Source: Escherichia phage APECc02
Reading direction: 5' to 3' (one strand)
Sequence record: NC_041869.1
DNA: 64,000 bases
The notes beneath the pieces are model-generated. The model was not told where the DNA came from and ran no database searches. It worked only from the letters and a program-made list of their open reading frames with translations. A program made the translations under genes and the position numbers. This document shows positions 8,820 through 19,031 of this stretch, piece after piece. Numbering within the stretch: position 1 is the stretch's first letter; each line of letters starts with the position of its first letter.

Positions 8820-10887
8820 ATTTATGGCATCTGCATACAACCGTTTCGGTGAGCCAAACCCGAAAGCAACTAAGTATAAAAGTGGGGGAAGTGTGAAACG
8901 AGACTATCGTGATGAAAAAGAAGTTGAAACTGTAGAGACTGTTTTAGAAAATACTAAAATTGTCCCTGTCCCACAACAAAATATCGGTCTGATGGCTGCA
9001 CAATATTTTGGTGTGCGATCAGCATTGTCCCAAGAAGACGGTGTGACAGTCACTGCAACATATTTCCCATATTACGACCGCTACGGAAATCTGTCCGGTT
9101 TCAAAAAGCGCGACTGGACGATTCCTAAAGAGCAAAGGGGCCATTTCTCCGTTGTTGGCATCGTAAAGGCTAACTCCCAGATGTTTGGTCAAAAGCTGTG
9201 TGCATCTTCCAACAACCGTAAGCAGATTAACGTTTGCGAGGGAGAAGGTGATGTTATTGCAGCATGGCAGGCTGCATATCAGATACAAGTAAAAGGGATT
9301 CTCACCAACGCTAAAGCCCCGGCAAAGGTGAAGCAGTGGGCTAAAGAGGTACAGGACGGGATCGATGCAGTTATCAACGGTGGTGATCTGGCAGGAAAAC
9401 CCTGCCTACCTTTTGTTGGAATTAACTGCGGATGTGCAAACGCAGTAGATACTTTTGCAAACAATGAGAAGTTTATCCGTAGCTATGGAACAGTTGTGCT
9501 GGCAATGGATAACGATGCAGCTAACGAGGTAGAGAAGCAAAAACACGTCATTAAAGGTGTTGAGGCTACGCACAATATCGCAGCATTTTTGATGGCTGAT
9601 AACGTTTACCACGTAGAGTACCCTGGTGAAGTAAACGATCCTGACGGTGTAAAAGATATCCGTGACATGCTGAAGGCTAAAAAGCTGGAAGATATTGTAA
9701 ACATGTTCCGGCATCCTGTTAAGTATGTACCGGATGCTGTATCGGATTTAGAAGACTTCTCTATCGAATCTTTGCGGAAAAAGACTTCCAACGGGGTAGA
9801 TATCAGCGCAGAGTTCCCAAAACTGCAAAAAATGCTAAAAGGCTTGCACAAAGGGACACTCGTAATGCTTACAGGTCCATCAGGAGGCGGTAAAACAACT
9901 GTAGCTAAAAAACTGGAACACTGTATTGCAAGATACCTAATGGACCCGACATGTCCAAAGGCTGATGATTACGAAGAGGATGATCGTCTATGCATGATTC
10001 ATCTTGAGGAGGACCCAGAGGAAGCAATTAACTCCTTGTATGCAAACCAGTTAGGGTTTGATGTTAAAGAGTTTGTTGAAGATCCTAGCCAGTTTTTAAC
10101 TGATCAAGAACACGCAGAGATTCACCAATCATGGGCAAAAGCTGGAAAAATCAAAGTGTTCAAACATTTCGGGTCTATTCCAGTGGACGAGTTGATTACC
10201 AAGCTTAAGCAAATGGTTTGCCTGTACCATTGTCGTTATATTGTGCTGGATCACCTGTCCATGGTAATTTCAGGGCTTAATGTTAAGGATGAGCGAAAAG
10301 AACTGGACATGGCTATGACCCAACTGGCTGCGTTTTGTAAGCAGTTTAACGTGTTTATCTTGGTGATCGCTCACCTCAAACGTACAGAGATTGTGCCCCC
10401 TAAGGACAAGGATGGTAACCCATTACCTTTCTGGTATCCTGTGCGAAAAGAGAATTTGCGAGGATCGGCGGGGCTTGAACAGTTGAGTTGGGTAGTCATA
10501 GGTGTCGAGGCCGAAGAAATGGTGGATCGTTCTCGTGGACGTGTCCGTCTGGTAGGTCTTAAAAACCGTCCAGCAAAAACTCTAGGTATTGCTGACACTT
10601 TGGTTATGGACCCGCACACAGGTAAGTTCCATGATGCCAGTAATTGGTACTGGGACAAAGAAATGCAAATGTTTACAGACGGAGAAGGTGGGGAGGTTGT
10701 TTGGAGACCTCAGGCTATGTTTGAGGATCAGGAGCATGCAGTTGTAGAAACACCTATGGGCAAGGTTGTGGCTGATAAGGTTGTAACTCCTACTGTTAAG
10801 CCTGTTGACACGCAGGAAGACCTCCAGTACGATGATCCATCCTCTGACCCGGTCCCTGGTTTTGAGGATGATGAAACGCCTTTTTAA
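8809..10887 (+). CDS. bifunctional primase-helicase (TOPRIM primase + DnaB-family helicase, T7 gp4-like)
   Basis: acidic TOPRIM-like motifs EGEGD and MDNDAAN in N-terminal half; Walker A LTGPSGGGKTT and helicase C-terminal half; acidic tail ending EDDETPF; RBS AAGGAG; start overlaps MTase stop. Confidence 0.75.
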   Translation: MGSKFMASAYNRFGEPNPKATKYKSGGSVKRDYRDEKEVETVETVLENTKIVPVPQQNIGLMAAQYFGVRSALSQEDGVTVTATYFPYYDRYGNLSGFKKRDWTIPKEQRGHFSVVGIVKANSQMFGQKLCASSNNRKQINVCEGEGDVIAAWQAAYQIQVKGILTNAKAPAKVKQWAKEVQDGIDAVINGGDLAGKPCLPFVGINCGCANAVDTFANNEKFIRSYGTVVLAMDNDAANEVEKQKHVIKGVEATHNIAAFLMADNVYHVEYPGEVNDPDGVKDIRDMLKAKKLEDIVNMFRHPVKYVPDAVSDLEDFSIESLRKKTSNGVDISAEFPKLQKMLKGLHKGTLVMLTGPSGGGKTTVAKKLEHCIARYLMDPTCPKADDYEEDDRLCMIHLEEDPEEAINSLYANQLGFDVKEFVEDPSQFLTDQEHAEIHQSWAKAGKIKVFKHFGSIPVDELITKLKQMVCLYHCRYIVLDHLSMVISGLNVKDERKELDMAMTQLAAFCKQFNVFILVIAHLKRTEIVPPKDKDGNPLPFWYPVRKENLRGSAGLEQLSWVVIGVEAEEMVDRSRGRVRLVGLKNRPAKTLGIADTLVMDPHTGKFHDASNWYWDKEMQMFTDGEGGEVVWRPQAMFEDQEHAVVETPMGKVVADKVVTPTVKPVDTQEDLQYDDPSSDPVPGFEDDETPF

Positions 10888-10945
10888 TGTTTAACAAAGA
10901 GTGGGAGGGGTAGTACAACCGCCTCCCCTTTAAGGAGAACTGTAT

Positions 10946-13369
10946 ATGAGTATGTGGTCTTTCGATTTTGAGTCATCCGGTTTGCTGGAAGACCCAGATC
11001 TTTATTATCACTGCGGTCTGTTTAAAGAGCTGAATAAGAACCGTTTTATGCTGTTCCTTCCTCTAAATGACCGCACACACTACTCCGAGGAGGATATAGA
11101 AAAGGCTAAGAACTTCATTCTGGCAAAGAAAACTCTTTATAAAGATTTTGAAGTTCGCATAGCAGATTTTTCGGAGTTGGAAGGTTGGCTTACAGGCAAT
11201 TCTGACTGGTCACCAACAGCTTTGAACTGCCATAACTGCTACAGTTATGACTTTATGCTAATGGAAAGATTATCCGGTATTCATTTTGATATGTTCCGTG
11301 ATCCTAAATGCATGGGGACTATCAACGACCACCAGGTTAATCTGTTTGATACGTTGGCTATGAGCCGAATATTGTGGCCTGATCGCCCTTTACCAAAAGG
11401 TTGTCCGGACGCTGTATTCAACCCGGTTACTAAGAAAATGCAACCTGTTGGTCCTCACGGCCTTATGGCATGGGGCTACGCCCTTGGTAACCAGAAAGTT
11501 CAAATTGATGACTGGCGCGATCTTCCGCTGTGGAAATATGTGGATCGTGTGTTCGAGGACGTTATCATCCAGGAGTTGCTCTGGAAAGAGCTGGTAGCGG
11601 AATCAAAAGGTGTATTCTACGGCAAATCTGACATGCAGAACTTTATGTACGATCCAGCCAAAGAGAAGCCGAAAGGGTTCAAGAAAATCACCTGGAAGAA
11701 CGCATTACGCCGAGGCATGCTGCAGCACTTCCTGATGGAGCTGCAGGCCCGTCAGGGTGTGTATTTCGACATAGATGGGGCTATTGCTTTACGTGACCGT
11801 TGCGATGCGTGGATGAAAGAGATCGCTGATCGTGTTGAACCTCAACTTCCTTTAAAAGAGTTGTCAATGTCTCAGCGGCCCAAGTTCCCTGAAAAGCCGT
11901 TTAACCAAGACGGGACAATCTCCAATAATGGTTGGAAATGGTTAAAAGATAAGCTTGGCTATCCTGTAGACATGAGCGCTTTAGAATTCAAAGCCCCGCC
12001 TAAGCGAGCATTTACCTCCACAGGAGATGTCAGCAAGATGGGGATAAAATGGTGCGAAGAGATGGGCTGCAAAGACCCCGACAAGATGGCTGATTTCTTG
12101 AGAGGTTATATTAAGGGCACCTCCACACCACAACCTTTACCTAAAGAGCTGATGGATCAGGCAATAAGTGATCTGCAGCAGAAGCGAATGCCTGACTGCA
12201 AGATACCTATGAAAATCAGCAATCAGGACGACATTAAGCGATACCTGATCAGTGCTGGTTGGCTTCCGACAATGTGGAGAACTAAGGATGTAACTAAGGA
12301 CAGCAAGAAGAAAGCTCTACCTGATGCAGATGTTGATGCACGAGTATATGCATACATGGACGAGCTTTTAGAGTCAGAGTATTGTGACCTAATTATCAAC
12401 TTCTGGAACAAAACTGATGCTAAGTTTCAGACAACAGTGCACAAGTTCCGAAGCTTTCCTAACTCCGAAAGGATTAAAAAGGAAGTGTTCGGGAAAATAC
12501 GCAGAAAAGCCAGGGCACTTATTACTTCTCCGCAACTGAAAGATACGTTTGGACACCTATGTCCGAATCTTGAAAAATTGAACGGAGAGATGGCTAAAGA
12601 TATCGTCTTGTGGTTATCATTGCGAAACCGCAGATCGGTCCTTGATCCAATCAAGGAGGATAAGGTTGATACTGGTCTTCTTAATCACCCACGTTTGAAG
12701 ATTGACCATAAGCTTCCTGCTAAAAGCTCTGGATTAACAAACACTTCCCGACAGAAACACAGTATTTGTGCAAACATGCCTAAACCATCTCCTAAAGTGG
12801 TTATGGGTAAAGAGATGCGTAGCTTGTGGGGTGTTCCTCCTGGATACTTTGAGATCGGTATTGACGGGTCCAACTTGGAGCAGCTTATCGGGGCTTGGGG
12901 TGCCTTTGAGTTCGACAACGGCTTGTACTATGATGTTGTAAGTAACGGGGACGCACACCAAAACAATGCTGAGGCATATACAAAAGTAGCAGGCAGAGAG
13001 GTGTCTCGTAACGACGGTAAACCTATCACGTATGGGGTTATGTACGGGGCACAAAAAGATAAAGTTGCAGATATGCTGGATATCTCCCCAGAGTTGGGGC
13101 AAAGGGTGATCGATGCACTTTGGGATGCCAACCCCGGTCTTAAGGGGCGCAAAGAGGATCTGGAGAAATTCTGGGAAGCAACAGGTAAGAAGTTTATCTA
13201 CTCTTTTGATGGTCATGCTATCTGGACCCGATCTAAACACTCTTTACTTAATGCATACCAACAAAATGGTGGTGCATCGCTGTGTGACTTAGTTGGGATA
13301 CTCATGCACCACCAAATGGTGAAGCGTGGGTGGTACGATGAAGGTGTCCGTCGTATTATCTATTACCAT
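10946..13369 (+). CDS. DNA polymerase family A, exon 1 (3'-5' exonuclease and polymerase motifs A and B)
   Basis: Exo I FDFESSG at N-terminus, motif A GIDGSNLEQ, motif B KPITYGVMYGAQ; RBS AAGGAG; track ORF runs 6 nt further to an in-frame TAA that I place inside the intron. Confidence 0.8.
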
Positions 13370-14211
13370 AAATAACATTGTGGCTTCGTGCAGTGATGCA
13401 CGTCGAAAACCTCTTTAATTGACGGGAAGGCTAAGTTGACTTTTACACCTGAACATGGTAAAAGCTCAATATGCTAATCCGCAGCGAAGACTAAAGGGGT
13501 GTAGTTAAAATGGCTAGATCAGCTGATTATCACGGGTATACCGTGTTTGATGATGGAACAATACCTTTATCGAAACGTGATCATACAACAATGTTTTGTT
13601 TTGATAATGGTAGAGGTTACCTTTGCGTAACCATGCTCATCGAGGGGAAGCAGTGCACAAAAGGTGTCCACCACTTGGTTGCTGAATGCTTTGTACCGAA
13701 CCCTGATCCTGAAAAGCTCACATGGGTGAACCATAAGGATGGAAATAAGTACAACAATGCACACTGGAACCTGGAATGGACTACCCCTGGTGGAAATATC
13801 AAACACGCCTACGATAATGAACTCAGAGTAAGGCCAGTCGGTGAGTATAATGCCAACGCTGTGCTGACCGAGGATGAGGTAACGGAGATTTGCGAACTGT
13901 TGCAGAGTGGTCTACGACAATGCGAGATTAGGGATCTTGGGTATCCTTATGAGACGGTCAGAGCCATAAAGCAAAGAAGACAGTGGAAACATATCTCTAA
14001 AAACTACACCTGGTAGTAACGTTCAGAGACTATCGAAAGCATAGCTCCAACATAGTTTGGTGTGAAGAAGCGAGTAGAGTAGGCCAGCAAGTGCGGTCGA
14101 AATGAGAGGTGCCTTGGTAACAAGGTAATGAGATAGTCCGATCCATACAGGAAACCGTATGGCTGTGCACGTAATGGTGCGGGGTAGCTTAACGACCTAC
14201 CTGAACTATTG
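13370..14211 (+). mobile_element. group I self-splicing intron with embedded HNH homing endonuclease ORF
   Basis: P1 pairing CCAU(13366-13369)/GUGG(13380-13383) with U.G at 5' splice site; conserved P-like AATTGACGGGAAGG (13417-13430), Q AATCCGCAGC (13476-13485), R GTTCAGAGACTA (14021-14032), S AGATAGTCCG (14131-14140); terminal G at 14211. Confidence 0.7.
13510..14016 (+). CDS. HNH homing endonuclease (intron-encoded)
   Basis: motifs VHHLVAECF and VNHKDGNKYNNAHWNLEW; lies between intron Q and R elements. Confidence 0.75.
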   Translation: MARSADYHGYTVFDDGTIPLSKRDHTTMFCFDNGRGYLCVTMLIEGKQCTKGVHHLVAECFVPNPDPEKLTWVNHKDGNKYNNAHWNLEWTTPGGNIKHAYDNELRVRPVGEYNANAVLTEDEVTEICELLQSGLRQCEIRDLGYPYETVRAIKQRRQWKHISKNYTW

Positions 14212-14565
14212 GATGAGTACCAACTTCAGGTCCCTGACACGCCTAAGTATAAGACTGTGTACACCTTCGACACAATTGAAGAGCTGGAAGCATTTAAGGC
14301 AGAGCAGGAAGCCAAACTTCATGTGTTCGACGGTCATAAGTACAAAAAGGCACGCAAGGATGAAGACGGAAACGAAGTGGTTGACAGAGACGGAAACACG
14401 GTGTACGATCCTATCCTGAACGATGACGGAAAGCTTGAACTTATCTGGAGCCCTGTGGGTGAAATGGTGGTGCATTGCTTCTGGCAAGCTTCTAAAATGA
14501 TGGGCGTCCCGTTCCAGATCACAGGTGAATACCTGTGTGGTCGTAATTGGGGTGATTGTCACTAA
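14212..14565 (+). CDS. DNA polymerase family A, exon 2 (motif C and C-terminus)
   Basis: predicted splice junction gives ...IIYYH|DEYQLQV, restoring the HDE motif C; C-terminus GRNWGDCH matches the PolA terminal NW...H; track ORF begins at in-frame TTG 14209. Confidence 0.7.
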   Translation, partial: DEYQLQVPDTPKYKTVYTFDTIEELEAFKAEQEAKLHVFDGHKYKKARKDEDGNEVVDRDGNTVYDPILNDDGKLELIWSPVGEMVVHCFWQASKMMGVPFQITGEYLCGRNWGDCH

Positions 14566-14614
14566 TGTAAACTATCAACACATGGAAGTGTTGTTGAGCA
14601 AAGAGGAGACTTTT

Positions 14615-14932
14615 ATGGTAGTAGAACCAACAAAAACATTTACATCCATGACTATCCCTGTTATTATGCAGGTGGAGTGTGTTCAGGTATCTCAAGTGTG
14701 GCCAGGCACTAAAATCCCAACAGGGCCTGATTTCTTTCAGGTTGGGAAAGTGTACAATGTCTGGAAGGCACCAGATTGTCACCCTTTCATTAAAGAGAAG
14801 GCACCAAATTGCTACCCTTTCATCAAAGATGACCGTGGAATGCTGTGGTATCTTGGAAATGATTTGACACTGCACCTTGGGAATGCTATTATTGCAGTAT
14901 TCAGACTTAACAAGAAGGAGACTGATCAATGA
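14615..14932 (+). CDS. hypothetical protein
   Basis: ATG with AGAGGAG RBS just after polymerase stop; track ORF 14525..14932 trimmed to this start. Confidence 0.5.
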   Translation: MVVEPTKTFTSMTIPVIMQVECVQVSQVWPGTKIPTGPDFFQVGKVYNVWKAPDCHPFIKEKAPNCYPFIKDDRGMLWYLGNDLTLHLGNAIIAVFRLNKKETDQ

Positions 14933-15156
14933 CGACTTTGGTTAAAGCTACCTTTGTAGAAGAAAAGATGACAGACCTGTCATTCTTTAAAGAAGGAAAG
15001 ACCTACGAGGTTTATTACGATAAAGCTCGTGCAAACAAGATGATTAAAGACGAGGAAGGGATTGCCTGGTTTATCTCCCATCTGGCAAACGGTGAGTATC
15101 ATATCTACGGAACCACCCTGCTTGCCAAGTTTGTAGCTGTTGAAGAGGACCTATGA
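14929..15156 (+). CDS. hypothetical protein
   Basis: 75-aa ORF, AAGGAG RBS, overlapping stop/start. Confidence 0.5.
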   Translation: MTTLVKATFVEEKMTDLSFFKEGKTYEVYYDKARANKMIKDEEGIAWFISHLANGEYHIYGTTLLAKFVAVEEDL

Positions 15157-15347
15157 AAGTAAAGTATCTGGCTGAGGGTATGAGTAGGTATTTTACCCTT
15201 GGGGAAGAATATTGGCCCTTTACAAACAACGGTGATGTCTACGTGAAAGATAATTTCGGCACGCCGTGGTTTCTGCACTCTAATGGGCTGGGATACTCCA
15301 TTTACTGCGGTGCAGTGAACAACACAACTCTTGCAGAGTTCGTTTAG
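15153..15347 (+). CDS. hypothetical protein
   Basis: 64-aa ORF, ATGA overlap, GAAGAGGA upstream. Confidence 0.45.
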   Translation: MKVKYLAEGMSRYFTLGEEYWPFTNNGDVYVKDNFGTPWFLHSNGLGYSIYCGAVNNTTLAEFV

Positions 15348-15357
15348 AGGAGGTAGG

Positions 15358-15729
15358 ATGTTAGTAAAAGGTACCCACACAGTCAAACAACGTATTGAAG
15401 TTGAGATTGATGATTGTGAGCTGAAGCATATTTTACGGTCATGCTCCAACGTTTTGCTCCTTAGTATTCTTCAGGAGCGAGCGGAGAACGAGTTCTTAAA
15501 TGCATTGGCAGGCCGTCCCGGTGACTTCTGTGTGCGTAAGCGTGGTGACAACAAGTCATGGCTGTGGGAGATAGACGCAGAATGGGATTACCACAAAAAT
15601 GAGGGTATAGATGAACCTATTCGTGAATTGACGGACAACGAGGTTCAGATGTACAATGAAGTTTGTCAGTGGGCAAAAAGTCAACAAACTTATCTTGATC
15701 CTTGGTGGATGATCGAAAATAGTCGTTGA
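15358..15729 (+). CDS. hypothetical protein
   Basis: ATG after GAGGAGG RBS; track ORF 15331..15729 trimmed. Confidence 0.5.
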   Translation: MLVKGTHTVKQRIEVEIDDCELKHILRSCSNVLLLSILQERAENEFLNALAGRPGDFCVRKRGDNKSWLWEIDAEWDYHKNEGIDEPIRELTDNEVQMYNEVCQWAKSQQTYLDPWWMIENSR

Positions 15730-15805
15730 CAGGAAGTAAGATTAGATATAAGATGCTTCACACAAACAGAGCGTTGATTGTTTAACACTTAAGGAGACCG
15801 CTAAG

Positions 15806-16060
15806 ATGAAAATTACTCTGAAGCCAGAATGCGTTGAAAATGACCGAGCTTTTAAAGATTGCACAATCGGTGCGATTTATGAAGCAGAGTTTTGTGAGAA
15901 CCCTTTGGTAAAAGCCCTTTTGGAAGAAGGAGCTCCTCTATCACAGGAAGAGCTTGATGAGTTGGAAAACTCAGCACAGTGCCTTACCTTTAAAGATGAT
16001 GAAGGAGACTCTGTCTGGTGCACTGTTAATGAAGTAGTTTTTGTAAAACCTGAACATTAA
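15806..16060 (+). CDS. hypothetical protein (paralog of 16124..16396)
   Basis: shares KP.x.EKD.AF.DCT ... KDD.GD.V.CT motif with the next gene; RBS AAGGAGA. Confidence 0.55.
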   Translation: MKITLKPECVENDRAFKDCTIGAIYEAEFCENPLVKALLEEGAPLSQEELDELENSAQCLTFKDDEGDSVWCTVNEVVFVKPEH

Positions 16061-16063
16061 TGC

Positions 16064-16092
16064 TTGACAACAGTCATAGGGCCTACTATAAT
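16064..16092 (+). promoter_or_regulatory. consensus sigma70 promoter TTGACA-N17-TATAAT
   Basis: perfect -35 and -10 hexamers with 17-nt spacer between the two paralogous genes. Confidence 0.7.
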
Positions 16093-16123
16093 GGCCCTAT
16101 CAAAACGAAAGGGGACCACAGCA

Positions 16124-16396
16124 ATGACCAAACAATATCAACGAATTAAAGCCAAGGTTAAGCCAGACTATCTGGAGAAGGACTCTGCTTTTCGGGACTG
16201 CACAGCTGACAAAGTTTACACAGGGGCCGTCCTGTTGAACGATGAACTTGAAGTAGATATTCTGGGTAAAGAGGCCACTATTAAGGACGACCAAGGCGAT
16301 TATGTTTGCTGCACCACACGTGAGCTAGAAATCTTAGAATACTTCGGTGAAATCTTCACCTCTCTTGATGATTACTTAGATGATGAGGAAGCGTGA
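16124..16396 (+). CDS. hypothetical protein (paralog of 15806..16060)
   Basis: ATG downstream of consensus promoter with AAAGGGGA RBS; track ORF starts at TTG 16064 inside the promoter. Confidence 0.55.
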   Translation: MTKQYQRIKAKVKPDYLEKDSAFRDCTADKVYTGAVLLNDELEVDILGKEATIKDDQGDYVCCTTRELEILEYFGEIFTSLDDYLDDEEA

Positions 16397-16785
16397 TGAA
16401 AAATATTTGGGATATCGATATCTTTGAAGCCTCTAAGCTTGATGGTGCTGATGGAGTGATTATGGTGTCTGATAGCAAGGCAACACTAACTTCTGGAGAT
16501 ATCATCTATGCCTTGGACGAGCTGGCGCTTCTGAAATCTACCGGTAACACTTTGGAGGAGCGTCTCCAAGGCTTCGCTTTCAAAGAAGGTACAAATACCG
16601 CCATGATGTGCACCACACGGACAGTTCAGGTTGGTAACGGTGTCTATATGATCATTGCGGTGTGTCCTAAATTCAGCAACGTCAACAAAGATGATGCTGA
16701 CGCTGTCAACGATGTGGTTGTTCTCTTCGTAGGTGACGCTATGGCAGATCTGATGAATGCAGGAGAAGCAGCAAATGAAGACTGA
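16393..16785 (+). CDS. hypothetical protein
   Basis: 130-aa ORF overlapping upstream stop. Confidence 0.5.
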   Translation: MMKNIWDIDIFEASKLDGADGVIMVSDSKATLTSGDIIYALDELALLKSTGNTLEERLQGFAFKEGTNTAMMCTTRTVQVGNGVYMIIAVCPKFSNVNKDDADAVNDVVVLFVGDAMADLMNAGEAANED

Positions 16786-17077
16786 AAACATCACCCCCAC
16801 AGGGTTCTTAAAAGTATACCGTGAACTGCTATACACTACAGAGGACAGTGTTCTAGAGTATCCAGAATATCTTTTGCTGTATAAGTATATGCAGGAGGCT
16901 GGTGAAAATCTACCAGTTAGTGCAGAAGGTGGTCCGAACTGGATATACAGCGCATGGAGAAAGGTTGACATTCTCCCAGATCCAGGTAAAGATATGGTAG
17001 TTTGGCAGCTTATCAACAACATTGGGATTCCAATCTTTGATGAAGCTGTTAAAATCTATTTTGAACTTGACGATTAA
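16775..17077 (+). CDS. hypothetical protein
   Basis: ATG 8 nt after AGGAGA; track ORF 16757..17077 trimmed. Confidence 0.45.
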   Translation: MKTENITPTGFLKVYRELLYTTEDSVLEYPEYLLLYKYMQEAGENLPVSAEGGPNWIYSAWRKVDILPDPGKDMVVWQLINNIGIPIFDEAVKIYFELDD

Positions 17078-17094
17078 TATCAGGAGACCTTAAG

Positions 17095-17340
17095 ATGACT
17101 GAAGTAGTTGCTCGCGCAGGACAGAAAGTACGTTGTGTTGAAGTAGGTTTTGGTGGCAAAGGGTGTCAAAACTTGACTCAAGGTAAGGAATACGCTGTTA
17201 TTTCTGGTGGTGGCGACGAAAGTATTGTGTTCGAGGGCCACATCCTGGATGCTGAAAACTTTGAAATCTTTGACGACGATGGGGATCCGATCACCTGCCT
17301 GCTGGACGGGAATTGGGGAACTTTCGAAGTGATTGGCTAA
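17095..17340 (+). CDS. hypothetical protein
   Basis: 81-aa ORF with AGGAGA RBS. Confidence 0.5.
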   Translation: MTEVVARAGQKVRCVEVGFGGKGCQNLTQGKEYAVISGGGDESIVFEGHILDAENFEIFDDDGDPITCLLDGNWGTFEVIG

Positions 17341-17423
17341 CAAATACCTATTGTAATTTGCAGAAGGGGATGCTAAAATAGTGTCTCCTTCTATGTTGTT
17401 CAAATAAAATCGGAGATTCCATA

Positions 17424-17789
17424 ATGGAACAAATGAACGATCAAGCGTCGGTTGCGATGAACGAGCAAGAACAACCTCAAGAATTTTTCTTAGGGTTAAG
17501 TAAAGATCAAGTGTCTCTTCTGCTAGTGCTTTCTTCTTTCATGGGAAGACTTCAGGAGCTCACACAACAACCAGAGGCTGAACAATTATTTCAAGCTCTG
17601 CGTGAAGAAGAAAAATATCGTCGTTTGGACTATGCCTTAGGTTGGGTAGCTCAACAACGAGATATGCTGATGGCCCTCTCTGGGACCACAAGTTTTGCAA
17701 TGGGGCTGTTGGCTCAAGTTCAGGACAAATTAATTCAAGCAGGGTTTGCACACACGGCAAACACTAACGAAGAACAAGGAGACAAATAA
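17424..17789 (+). CDS. hypothetical protein
   Basis: 121-aa ORF, CGGAGA RBS. Confidence 0.5.
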   Translation: MEQMNDQASVAMNEQEQPQEFFLGLSKDQVSLLLVLSSFMGRLQELTQQPEAEQLFQALREEEKYRRLDYALGWVAQQRDMLMALSGTTSFAMGLLAQVQDKLIQAGFAHTANTNEEQGDK

Positions 17790-19015
17790 TGAGCGTTATT
17801 CAACAATTCGCTAACCCGATGAATCCGCGTGAAACTGTTTTACTGGCTCACGGCATGATTAAACGTGTCAGCATCAAGCCTATCAAAGGTGCTGATCCTA
17901 CAACAGGTATTAAAACCACTGTGTGGCAAGGTAAGAAAATTGAATCCAGCCACACCATCTCTTTACTGATTTCTGAACTGGATTCCTCTGATAACCTGCT
18001 TCAAGGTGGTGAAGAAGTTTGGATCAGCATGGGTGATAAGCTGCTTAAACCTGGTCATCAAGACTCTGTCTCTGTTAAAATTGATGACAAGTGGGAAACC
18101 GTAACGCCGGGATGGATCGTAAATATCCCTTTGAAGGCAAACGAGCATAACGGTAAGACCTATTACAAAGGCTCACTGGCTAAGATGGTCAAGCTGGGTG
18201 CAGGAGAGGCTCCAGCAGCGACTCAGCAGCAAAAACAGCAACAAGGTGCACAATCACAAGGCCAGAAGCAGAAACCTCAGCAGAATGCCAATCAGGACGT
18301 TTTACGCATCTATGGCGATGTGACTCAGATTGTTGGCAACGTGGTTACTGTTAATGACCACAAGATTGGCGAAGGTGCTATGGTTGTAACTGATGAGCAG
18401 CTTAAAGACCTGGTGGTAGGTGGTCGTGTTGCAGCCATTGTTGACAAAGACACCGGAAACATTATCAGTGGTTTCAAAGCCTATCCCCCTAAGGCAGAGA
18501 ACGGCACTCAAGGCTCCGGTGGCAAGCGTAAATCCTCTTACGACCCTATCGGTGTGGAAACGGGGCATAGCATCAATGCGTTGCAGATCATCCTGGATCG
18601 CGGGTTTAAGGTAGACGACCCACTGGGCGTGGCTAAAACACTGCACGTAGTCACCATTGAGCTTAAGAAAGAGTATGCTCAAGCCACCAACCGAACTGAA
18701 GATGAAGTAGGTGCCAGTGTCGGTAATGCGGTGTTGAACGCTTGTCGCCGTATTGACAAGAAAACGAAAGTTGATGATTTTGCAGCGGCAATTACTGCAG
18801 AAGCAAAAGATGTCTTGACTAATCTGGCTGAACCGTTGTACGATTGGATCAAGAACGGTGCTGGGTCAACTGACTATCAAGAACCCCAGGCTGCCAAACA
18901 GGAAGCAGCTCCACAGCAAAACACTGTAGACGCTCCTCCTGTAAATGATGAGGAAGATGACCCAATGGATCAGAATCCAGCACAGTATACCTTTGATGAT
19001 GACATCCCTTTTTAA
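17789..19015 (+). CDS. single-stranded DNA-binding protein-like, acidic C-terminal tip DDDIPF
   Basis: 408 aa; Gln/Gly-rich linker QQQKQQQGAQSQGQKQKPQQ; last residues FDDDIPF have the form of the bacterial SSB tail; sits in replication module. Confidence 0.55.
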   Translation: MSVIQQFANPMNPRETVLLAHGMIKRVSIKPIKGADPTTGIKTTVWQGKKIESSHTISLLISELDSSDNLLQGGEEVWISMGDKLLKPGHQDSVSVKIDDKWETVTPGWIVNIPLKANEHNGKTYYKGSLAKMVKLGAGEAPAATQQQKQQQGAQSQGQKQKPQQNANQDVLRIYGDVTQIVGNVVTVNDHKIGEGAMVVTDEQLKDLVVGGRVAAIVDKDTGNIISGFKAYPPKAENGTQGSGGKRKSSYDPIGVETGHSINALQIILDRGFKVDDPLGVAKTLHVVTIELKKEYAQATNRTEDEVGASVGNAVLNACRRIDKKTKVDDFAAAITAEAKDVLTNLAEPLYDWIKNGAGSTDYQEPQAAKQEAAPQQNTVDAPPVNDEEDDPMDQNPAQYTFDDDIPF

Positions 19016-19031
19016 CATCTAGTTAACATAG

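Noticed and set aside
10946-13375. Track ORF end at 13375 as the true C-terminus of the DNA polymerase
   Set aside because: The 809-aa product lacks motif C (HDE) and the PolA C-terminal NW...H. Both appear in the downstream ORF after an intron-like insert, so the TAA at 13373 is read as intron sequence.
14159-14562. ORFs 14159..14419 (+) and 14206..14562 (-) overlapping polymerase exon 2
   Set aside because: They are alternative-frame or antisense shadows of the conserved PolA C-terminal coding frame.
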